The notes beneath the pieces are model-generated. The model searched no databases, was not told where the DNA came from, and saw only the letters and a list, made by a program, of their open reading frames with translations. Shown one piece after another: positions 29,874 through 40,697 of a stretch of 64,000 nucleotides of DNA (position 1 is the first letter of the stretch; each line of letters opens with the position of its first letter). Source of the stretch: Cercozoa sp. M6MM (lineage: Eukaryota; Protista; Endomyxa: Ascetosporea); assembly GCA_040357565.1 (NCBI GenBank), contig JBDODJ010000028.1; one strand, 5' to 3'. Made by a program: the position numbers and the translations under genes.

Positions 29874-30658
29874 CTAAGGCCGTCCCACGAGCACACCAAT
29901 ACGCCGCGATCCCACAGAGGACGTTTGTGAGCTCGAGACAGTCTTTTTGTGCGGTGTGAAGGACAGAATGCGTTGCTGGCGCACAGATCCGAGGTGCCGA
30001 CTCTGTTGTCGTACCTGAAGGGTATACGCACATGTGCGCAGTTGAGGCTATTGGAAGCTAAGAAAGACGTACGCTGGCACTCGCCGCAGAGGAGCGTGCG
30101 ACCGAAGGAGCAGCCCTCGAACTGTGCACCACACACAACCTCTAACGTCGTTGTGCGACATGGAAGAAAGACATTGATACGTGGAGAAAGGGTCCGGCGA
30201 CGACGCTCGACGCCGCCTTCTCTTCTTGTGCTACAGTCAAGAGGTACAGATAGAAACGCAGGCATAGAAGAAGATTACAGAAACTCTCACACCGGAACCG
30301 GCGACTCATCAACGCTGCTGAGTTTCGTCGACCGTTTTTTCTGACGTGAGGCCGACTGACTCGGGGCCTGTGCTTTCGACTTCGACCTTGACTTGGTTGG
30401 TCGCTTGCGCGGTTTCTTGTAATTGTCGTTATCACTTTCGTCGGCGGTGTCACTGTCGTTGTTGATGTTCTGGGTGCCTGTCTCCTCAACTTCGGCAGCC
30501 TTGTCGTCGTCGTTGTTATTGCTGATGTTCTCGTTCTCGGTGTTGTTATCATCATCTTTGTTGTCCTGCTCGTGTTCTTCAGACGACACATCAACTTTGT
30601 CACTGGAGTTGGGCTCATCAACGATGGGCTTCTTGCGTGTGCTTCTGCGCGGTCGTGA

Positions 30659-30707
<49 letters not shown>

Positions 30708-30807
30708 NNNNNNNNNNNNNNNNNNNNNNNNNNNNNNNNNNNNNNNNNNNNNNNNNNNNNNNNNNNNNNNNNNNNNNNNNNNNNNNNNNNNNNNNNNNNN
30801 NNNNNNN

Positions 30808-30869
<62 letters not shown>

Positions 30870-33085
30870 TGTGCACATACTTTGTTTCATTTTTAAACTG
30901 TACCTGTACCCGGGCGATAGGCTCTATTTCCGGCGGTTTTGACTTCTGTTTCTTCTTACTGCCGCGTTTGCTGCGAGTGCTACCACTGCTTCGCGTCGTG
31001 TTGACACTCACCGTGTTGTTCAGCGTGTTCATCGTGCCGTCCGCAGTCTTGTCGTCGTCAGTGCCGTGCGGTGCGGAGTGTGAAACCTTGGCGGCCAGTG
31101 CGCCCTGCTTCTCCAACTCGACAATCCTCGACTGTGCTTCCTGGAGCTCTTGTCTGTCGGAGCACCATGAGCGCTCACAACGATGCAAATCATGCTACAA
31201 GAAAGTACCGTAAACGCTCGGCGCGAGCATCGCGCACCCTCGCGTCATGTTCCATCTGCTTGCGCAGTGTCTGACACAACAAACATACTCACGAAGAATC
31301 TATGTCTCCCAGTGCCAAGGGTACCTGTAACTGTGCTTCTTGCAGTGAGGCAACATGTGCTTTCCTTTGCATCTCGGCTTCTGCTCACTCATACCATATC
31401 CTTCAGTCGCTTCGAACAACACATGGCAGAGGGGTGCACCTTTGTTGCGTAGCACCTGTGTGAGCGACTGCACCTGCGACTGTGCCCCCAGTGCTGCCTC
31501 GCGCCAGTGCAACACGCGACGACGCCACTGCGTGCGCGTCTCACGGAGTATACCAAGTGCGTTGCGTGCATACATGTGCAGGTTGTCCTGAGGAAACGCA
31601 TGTACACAAATATTGTATTTATAGACGCGAGTGCACGTACTCTCTGCTGACGAAGTTCGTCGTGACGTAGGTGCGCCGCCAATAAGCATTGCTGCGAGGC
31701 ATGCAGCACCTGGCGCAGCGTCTGCGTTGTGCTACGTTGACCCGCCAGATCTCCATCATGCTGTACATACGCGTACATATACATATATATATATATATAT
31801 AAGAGCAACGGATACACGGAGAATTTCGTCAAAGAGTTTGTGTTGCTGTTCGTGCGAGAGTCGCAGCTGCTGACTCAGTGTCACCAGGCGTCTAGTCTCC
31901 AAGATGTCCTCTTCGTCATCACCGATGTCGTCCTACCACGAATTCACAGCAAATTAACAGCAGGTCACAGACTCTAGAGCCACATACGTAGTTAAAGTCG
32001 CCGCTGGCAGCATTGACAGCACGTGTGTTGTCAAAATTTGCCTCAGAGCACAAGTCGACTGTCTCGCCTATCGTCACTACCGGCGGCGCGATGAACTCGC
32101 TCTTCACTTGACCGACCGACACGTCAAGGTTGGTCTTGTGCACCAAGGTGACGCACGTCTTTTGCCGCTGCAGCAGTCTGTGTAGCACGTTGATGACCCT
32201 TCCTTCGATAGTGTCGTCGTTTGCGAGTTCGTGTGCATTGTCATCGTCTCTGTTCAATAGCCGCTCGAGGTGGAAGTACACCTGATCCGGCAGGAGTGCG
32301 AACACAGTTCGTTTCGAGCCATCGTGCAGTGTCAGCAGACTCGGCGTCTCTCTGAACAAAGGACGGTTAAAAAACAAAGGTAGGAGATAAATCGATCGGC
32401 ACCCCACAAGTCCAAGCAGCTTGTGCAGGAACACGAGACAGGAGTGACCTCCCCTGACTGCGTGTGAGGCAGCTGCTCCATCACTTTGACAACACCGTAG
32501 ATATTACAGAAACCTAACGGCACACTCATACAGACACACGAAATTTTCAACAAGGGTACTTCTGCTTGAGTTGCGAGTCCGACAGCTGCGTGCGCAGTGC
32601 TGCGTGTGGCATCAGGTGCGCGCGCGTCGTGGCCAGTGTCAGACACGACGTTGGAGACCTCTCGGCATGGGCAGTGCTGGCTTCGTCCGTTTCTCTGGCT
32701 GAGTTGCGTGCGTGCCACTCACAGACGTCGATCCACTCCCCTGCAGTAGAACACAAACACACATGTCTCAGCACAGCAGCCTGAGACTGTTGAGGAGAGA
32801 CGACACACCGTCATGCAGGTGAACAAGCGAAACGCGATACTTGCACTCAGTGTCATTCGTTAGACCCGGCAGCAACGATAACAAAAAGGAGTGCCGCTCG
32901 CTACCACCCAGCACGCACAGGGCACTGTCGTACGCGTCTGTTTGCTGCGCAACGCGTCGCAGCACGAGATGAGGCACCCCCAAAAGCGATGCCACTCGCT
33001 GCTCCATTCTCCAGACCGATCGACGAGTATACCACCGTGCCTGCACAGATTTACGACTAGTCAACCGTGCGAGCGAGCGACATAA
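29874..33085 (-). CDS. Protein with N-terminal globular domain, central coiled coil and disordered acidic/basic tail (possible degenerate kinesin); start uncertain
   Basis: In-phase exons ...ILETRRLVTLSQQLRLSHEQQQ...RQELQEAQSRIVELEKQ...(N/D-rich)...HKKRRRRRASSPDP...VLVGRP*TAG at 29874-29876. Confidence 0.55.
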
Positions 33086-33214
33086 CCTGGAATAAGGCCA
33101 AGGTGATCGTTGACCTGCATCGGCTCACATTATTTCTATGCATGGAATCAGGGATTTAAACTGACATTTTTCGCGTTACTGCTGACTGTGCGTACCTGTG
33201 CGTGTGCTCTCACG

Positions 33215-34269
33215 ATGCTTGGCTATGGTGACACTGATCAAGGCTTTGGACAGGTATTTCAGGTGTACATGTTCGTGGCTCCGTGAAGTGCAGATTTAAT
33301 TCTTCCTGCTGGATGTTGTGTATTTCTGCTTTAGTTAAACTTCTATGAAGACACGTCAGCGCAGCAGCAGCAGCACGTGGCACCGCCACCGCAGATGACG
33401 AGCGTACAGCCACCTTCGTTCGCAGCGCCGTCATGTACCTTCTTTAGTCGCGTTCGGTGGAGCAACTGCAGTGTAGTTTTTTTTCTTCCACTTGGGCAGC
33501 TGACGAAGACGAGTTCGCGAACGAGCCGCCATTGTTGGAGGAACTCGGAATCAATTTTGGCCATATTTCACAACGCACCCTGTTCGCACTGATGCCGTTG
33601 AAGACGCCGGATGATGAGACCTTGCACGGTGTGTCTGTATATGGAATAGTGTGTGCGTTGATGCGACACTGAATTCCTGCAGATGACGACTTGGCTGGCC
33701 CACTCGTGTTTGCAGTTGCGCTCGGCTTTGTTCTCTTGCTTAGTGGTACGCCGCTGTGCTTTGTCCGGTTGCGTGTGTGTGTGTGTACGCGTATGGCCTA
33801 TTCCATTAGGCAAGCTGCACTTTGGCTACATTTTTGGTTTCGGTCTGCTCGGCTGTTTGTTGCTGGCGACGCTGCTGAAGTTGCTGAGCGACAAGGATGT
33901 ACCCTGTCCAAGTCTAAAATGCCCGTATCTGTCTAAACACATGTCTGCACAGGTTGAGGTGCAACGTACAACAAGCATCCTGGGCTACTGCTTGTTGCCG
34001 ATCCTGGGCCTCGCTGTTGTCGACTTTTTCGCCTCATTCCGACACGGCGGTTCCATCGCCTTTGTCGTTGCCTTCATGTTCATTCTCTGGTACCACTTAC
34101 GTTCGTGCGCTACTACGCATGAGTGTGTATCACGACATATGCGCACAGGAGTACCGTGACGGCGACAAGGTACATTGAGCTCGTGGCCGACATGCGCAGC
34201 CAGCGCTACCTGATCGCCTACCCGGTGCTGCTGCTGTATTCCGTGTTCGCCATCATTACGGTCTTCTAG
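33215..34269 (+). CDS. YIPF5: Yip1/YIPF5 ER-Golgi membrane protein (7 exons)
   Basis: EPPLLEELGINFGHI, DDDLAGPL, GKLHFGYIFG, SILGYCLLP and QRYLIAYPVLLLYSVFAIITVF* are diagnostic Yip1 motifs. Confidence 0.93.
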
Positions 34270-34640
34270 CGGCCTCTGGTTTTGATTGAGCGGAGGCTTT
34301 TACTTTACAACTGAACTGAAAGTCAAGCCTGTCCCTCGGCTTACTCAACGGAAGCTAGGAGCCCGAACGGAGGGCCACGCTAACGGAAGGCTCCGCTCTT
34401 GGAAATGCAAACGGCGCTCCTCGGCGCAATTTTAAGAGAAATCGGAATACTCTAAGATTCCGTGATTGCGCTTAAAACTAAGTGTTCTATACAGCTGTGC
34501 CCCTTAGAACCCACGCAAAACAGGACTTTGCAATCACTAATACATCAAGGAACCGCGTACACTCGCTCTAAAGCGGCAATCAGGGTCTACTAATGCCGGG
34601 CATGAACTTTAGTTTAATAGCGGAAGGCATAGTCGGATAT

Positions 34641-35099
34641 CTGAAGACACACACAAGCACATTGGTAAAGAGGCGACAAAGTACCATATCACAGCGCAGT
34701 CCCAGACGAAGCGCGCCTCCCCAAACACACACCTCCACCGAACAAACGGGGGCCAGAGACCCACAGGAACGGGGCGGAGTGATCGTTTCCCCTCTCTTTT
34801 CCTCTCCGCGTGTGGTGACAACACGCACTCAAGTGACAGCATCGCGGAGGCCGCAGACAGACAGAGAGACAAGAGAGGGAGCAACGATATCGCACTCACA
34901 TGACGATAGTGCGAGTCCGGAGGTTCGAGCACGCACACGCACAGGGACCACACGCAGCACACACCCACACACAGACCGCACACACGTGCACACACACACA
35001 AACACACGCACACGGTGCCACCAATGTGCAGCGCGCAGGTTACGTGTGTCCACTCAACATGTCCCCACTCGATCCACCGTTTTAAAAAGCAATAGCTAC
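34641..35099 (-). other. Putative 459-nt 3'-UTR intron of the DEAD-box gene with nested stems
   Basis: GT immediately after the TAG stop (TAG|GTAGCT), UG-rich body, acceptor TGTGTGTCTTCAG at 34641. Inverted repeats at 34657-34666/35020-35029, 34782-34798/34871-34888, 34804-34810/34843-34849 and 34890-34896/34908-34914. Confidence 0.5.
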
Positions 35100-35871
35100 C
35101 TAGAATCGTCGACCACCGTAACCGCCTGGAGCACCGCCCGGGCCGCCATAACCACCTGTAACACAGATGGAGGTAGATGAAGATACGTACAGATAAATAC
35201 ACGCAGAGACACACACGAGGTACACACAGACATACCGTAACTCTGGCCGCCACCGTAGGACGAGCCGCCGCCGTAGGACGGAGCACCGCCGTAGGAGGCA
35301 CCGCCGCCGTACGAGCTGCCGCCGCCGCCGTACGACCGGCCGCCGCCGCCACCAAAGCTGCCGCCGTAACCACCGCCTGCAAGAGTAACATACATAGAAC
35401 AAGGTATATATATATATATATATATAATATATACGGAGAGAGATTAAAGGATCAAAACACACCACCAAAGCCACCGCGCGAGCCGCCCATGCGCTGTCGG
35501 TTGGGGCGTCCGCCACGGCCGCTGTAGCGGCCCTTAAGTTCCTCGAGCCAGGACGGCACCTCCTGCTCGGTCTCGCGCAGTTTGTCGAGCAACTTGCCGA
35601 TCACCATGTAGCTACCCGAGTTGACAAAGGCGATGGCAGTACCCTTGCGGCCAGCACGGCCGGTGCGGCCGATGCGGTGCGTGTACGAGTCAATGTTCTC
35701 CGAAATGTCGTACTGGATGACCCACGTGATGTCGGGAATGTCGATACCACGCGCAGCCACGTCGGTCGCAATCATCACGTTGGCGTAGCCGCCCTTGAAC
35801 TCGCGGAGCGCCGCCTCACGCTCGCGCTGCTGCTTGTCGCCGTGAATGCTCACGACCTGTGCAGACACATT

Positions 35872-35920
<49 letters not shown>

Positions 35921-36020
35921 NNNNNNNNNNNNNNNNNNNNNNNNNNNNNNNNNNNNNNNNNNNNNNNNNNNNNNNNNNNNNNNNNNNNNNNNNNNNNNNN
36001 NNNNNNNNNNNNNNNNNNNN

Positions 36021-36065
<45 letters not shown>

Positions 36066-37857
36066 AGGTAGGGCCAAGGCAGGAGGTTGGAGTACCCGGA
36101 AGCCGTTGCGACGAAGCTGAAACTCAACGTCGCGGCACGTGCGCTTGGTCTTGATGAAAACGAGCACCTTCTCGTCACGCACCTGGTCGCGCAGCAGGCG
36201 CTCAAGCTCGCGGCCCTTGTTGTAGTCCTCGACCTGCATCACCTTCTGCGTGATCGCCTTGGTCGAAGAGCCGATGCGTCCCACCGAGAAGAACACGTAG
36301 TCGCGGCGCAAGAAGTCGCGCGCCAGGTCGCGGATCTCGCGCGGGAATGTCGCCGAGAACATCATCGTGTTGCGGCGGTCGCACGGCGTCAGATCCAGAC
36401 GGTCGTGGATGTAGCGAATCTCGCGCTCAAAACCCTATATTTCATATGACATTCGATGTGCTATGTAATATACATAAATAATGATATGCGATAAACATAG
36501 AGCGCCTACCATGTCAAGCATCTGATCAGCCTCATCGAACACGCAGAAGACGACGTCGCGCAGGAACACGCAGCGCGACTCGCACAGGTCCTTCAGTCGG
36601 CCCGGCGTCGCGATCAGCATGTCGCAGCCGCGCGCAATGTCGCGGATCTGGCCGCTGCGCGGAGCACCGCCGTAGCACACGCATGCGCGCATGCCCGTGT
36701 TGTACACGACACGACGAGCCTGTACAGTGACGACATACATCGACAGATAAAGACACAGACACAGACAAAGACAGAGTTACCTCGTCGTGAATCTGGCACG
36801 CCAGCTCGCGTGTCGGCGCCAGAATGAGCGCACGCGGGGCGCGCGGGTCCTGCGCGCGGCCGCTCGTCAAAATGGCCTGCAGCACCGGCAGCAAGAAAGC
36901 GCCCGTCTTGCCGGAACCCGTCTGCACAGAGCACACAAGAAAGTGTAGATAAACACATCTGCCTAGACACAGCAAGGAGAGGGCTGCATAGAGCGGAGTA
37001 CCTGGGCACAGCACATGAGGTCGCGCTTGGCTTGCATGATCGGCAGCGAGTACTTCTGGCACGGCGTCGGCTTGGTCCAGTTGCTGCGACGGATATTCTC
37101 CATGATCTCGGGACGCAGGCCGGCCGCCTCGAACGAGTCCACCGGGCCAGGCACGTTCTCGCCCTCGATTTTGACGGGAATGTCGTCATACTTGTCGAAA
37201 TCGAGACCCACGGTGCGCTTGGCGCCCTCGCCGAACGGGTCGTAGCTATCCGAGTTGAGGTGGCCCTTGTAGTTCGGGTCAAAATCGCCACTGTCACGGC
37301 CGCCCATGCGATCGCCGTCGCCGAAGCGACTGCTGCTGCTGCCGTAGCGGTCACCGCCGCCGCCGAAGCGACTGCCGCCGTAGCGATCGCCGCCACTGCC
37401 ACCATAGTCGCCGAATCGGCTGCCACCGCGACTGCACAAACAAACGAAACACATACCTCTGATAGTTGGAGTCACACAACAAGACAAACACGCGAAATCT
37501 ACCGGTCACTGTGTCCGCGGTCGCGCGAACGCGATCGGCCGCGGCCACGGCTGCGGCTACGGCTGCGACGACGCGAACGCGAGCGCGAACGACGGCGTTC
37601 CGAGCTGGCACCTTCAACACAAAAACTCAAAACATGACAAAAGCAAAAACCAAAAGAAATTAACGAGTCCAAAAGAAGGTACCCGAGGAAGTGGGCGCCG
37701 GAGCAGGCGCCGACGACTTTGACTTGGCGGCGCGCACCTCAGGCGGCATCACCCAGACCGACTGCTTGGTCTTGACGTTGTAGTAGTACGGATCCTTATA
37801 ATCAGGATGTGTGCATTCCTCCCATTCCGTGCCGGCAATCGGACGAGACTGACTCAT
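35100..37857 (-). CDS. DDX3: DDX3/Ded1-type DEAD-box RNA helicase with N-terminal WW and RS domains and a Gly/Tyr-rich tail (9 coding exons)
   Basis: [12 protein letters not shown] (DDX3 signature), [66 protein letters not shown]-terminal WEE...[16 protein letters not shown] is a WW domain. Confidence 0.9.
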
Positions 37858-38258
37858 TCTTCTTCTGCTAAGTTCCTGTCCAAAAGGTTGATGTACAGCC
37901 ACACAAGCGAGCACACAAGAAAACCAAAGGCAAATTTGGCAGAAAACATGTCACAAAAAAACAGAAAACGTGAGACAAAAAACGAGAAACCACCCACTCG
38001 AAACAAATCGAATAATGGGCTGACAGAGGCGTTACCTTGTGTCCTTCCGGTCTCACGTACGAGGCGAAAACGACACACGAAGTCTAAGGCGACGAGAAGG
38101 CGCACAAAACGTTCTTTAATTTTTCGAAATATCTGTACAGAATCGGACCGGTACTGTACGGATGGCTACAAATTCGAAAATTAAGGAACTTCGGTTGACT
38201 AAATACGTGTGCCTAGTGTGCATGAGTGTGCCGCTACCTTTTAGCAGCATATGAGAGC

Positions 38259-39333
38259 ATGCGTACTCGCGTTTTTCCCAGAGCTGTGCGCGATGTGAGC
38301 ATCCGCGCATCTAGCACGACGACAAGGGTCGATTTAAATGCCTGGCGATGGCGCAATCCTGAATTTCCTCAAGCCACCCAGCCCAGCATTGCGGTGAAGG
38401 CGAACATCTCGGTCAAAGGTGCTCCAAGCGATGCGGCAAGCGGTGTGCTGTCCCCAAGTTACGTGTCGACCTACGATGCCACGGTGGTTCAGGTACCAAC
38501 CACCCTTAAACACAAGCAAGTATTTGACAAGCAAAACCTACCGAGACCGTGTAGAAACTGAAAGAAGCCGACTGGCATATTGCTGGTCTCAGCAACATGG
38601 ATGAGTTTGGCATGGGTTCGCACTCGGACAACTCAGCACACGGACGTGTGCTGCATCCACTTTCCACCGTAGCCTGTCCCTCGCCCGACTTGTTTGCATG
38701 TTTTCCTTTGCAGCTTTACCTCTGTCTTTTGGGCCAACAGGAGGAGGAGCAGTACAGCCCTGGTGGCAGCAGTGGCGGCTCGGCCGTGTTGGTCGCTCTT
38801 GGCATCGTCGATGCAGCGCTCGGCTCTGACACGGTTAGTTGCGGCTCATCCGTGTGTGTGTGTGTGTGTCTGTGTCTGTGTCTGTGTCTGTGTCTGCGTC
38901 TGTGTCTGTGTCTTTGTTTGTGTGTGTGCGCGCGCTATTGTCTGTGTTTCCACAACCAGGGCGGTTCGGTGCGACAACCGGCCAGTTACTGCGGTGTGGT
39001 AGGCTACAAACCGTCGTACGGCCGCCTGTCGCGCCACGGCTTGGTCTCGTACGCCTCGTCACTCGACTCGATCGGTGTGTTAGCACGCGACGTGCCGACC
39101 GTGCAGCGTGTCGCTCGCATCATCGAAGGTCATGACCCGGGTGCACTGTCCTTGCTTGCCTTCCGTTTGTTCTGTTATCCTTGCTTGACAACATGTAGAA
39201 CATGACGCCACCTCGTTGCCGCTACAGGGTGCCATCGAGCAAGCGACGTTTGGCTGGCAGGGTGTCACCATCGGCATTCCAGCCGAGTGTCAAGTGCAAG
39301 AACTCCCTGCCGATGTTGTTGGTGCCTTCGGTT

Positions 39334-39386
<53 letters not shown>

Positions 39387-40224
39387 CTGGTCAACACAGC
39401 GGCGTGGCGCGACACAGCGGCGTTGCTGGAACAGCAGGGCGCTCGGGTGCGCGAAGTGTCACTGCCGGCGCTGCCTGCCTCGCTTGCCGCCTACTACGTG
39501 ATCGCTGCGGCCGAGGCTTCGAGCAACCTGGCCAGGTACGACGGCCTGCGGTACGGCCCTAGTGTCGATGCCAGTGACGAAGAGAACGTGCGCTCCTTGT
39601 TTGAGCACAACCGCACACTCGGCTTTGGGGACGAGGTACCTCCGCACGCACATGCATCATCATCGTCTCTTGAGCAAGTCTCTTGTGCAGGTGAAGCGAC
39701 GCATCTTGTTGGGCAACTTCGTGCTGTCGACGGCGTATGTCTGTTTCTGTCACTAGTAACAGATAGTCATGTCTTTGTGCTTTATGTTTGTGTCCGTGTA
39801 TGTGTGTACAGAGGCTACCAGGCTTTCTATGGGCGCGCGCAAAAGGTACGTCGTCTGTTCGCGCAGCAGGTGCGTCAGTGCATGCAGACCGAGTGCGACT
39901 TTTTGCTGACGCCGACGTGTCCCGATACGGCGCCGAGTCATGAGGCCTTGAGGCAACAGCGAGAGGACAATAGGGTACTATCCGATGTGCCGATATGTGA
40001 AATGATGATAACGTGTCTGTGAGTAGGCAGGAATTTTGGCAGTGGACGCATTCACGACGCTCGCGAACTTGGCGGGAGTGCCGGCCGTGTCGGTGCCGGG
40101 TGTAAACCTGCAGCGCCAAGGCAACAGTGCTCCCAGCTCGCTCGGCATGCAACTCATGGCACCGCACATGCAGGACAGTTGCATGCTGAATGCCGCCAGG
40201 TCGCTGCAAGAGTTGCTGCAGTGA
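38259..40224 (+). CDS. QRSL1: Glutamyl-tRNA(Gln) amidotransferase subunit A, mitochondrial (9 exons)
   Basis: [93 protein letters not shown]. The Arg/Ser/Thr-rich N-terminus is compatible with a targeting peptide. Confidence 0.93.
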
Positions 40225-40697
40225 TTTGGACCGGGCCTCGCCGAGCACTGACGTGAGTGAGCGCTGCGTTCGACAATCATGATATACCGAAACGAAACTG
40301 AACAGGAACTCACGTCATGGCACTAAACGAAAGAGATTTAAACCGACAAGAACTCATGTTAACTTTTATTTAGCTAGTTCGGCACGTACTACGCTACACG
40401 ACAATATACGTTTAGGTAACGTAACCGACCTTGAAAAAGATGTCCTGGGGAGTTAGTGAGTTGGGTCTTTTCGGAAACGAACCAAGCAGTGCCTCTGCAC
40501 CAGTCTGGGATGGGAAGATGTCCTGGAGGAACTTCAAAAACGGAGTTGGGTGGCTCCACCCTAGGCGGCCATCCGCTTGTGACCCAACCCACACCAGGAC
40601 TAGTACAGCGAAACTACGAAACTACATGGTGCACTGTTGGTTTCTGAGTAGACTGAACTAACTAACTACCGTTTGGGGTTTGCATGCCACCGCACGA

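Noticed and set aside
29798-30125. CxxC...CPSHR frame resembling the CtIP/Sae2 C-terminus
   Set aside because: Splice phases from the upstream exons select a different frame that ends at TAG 29874.
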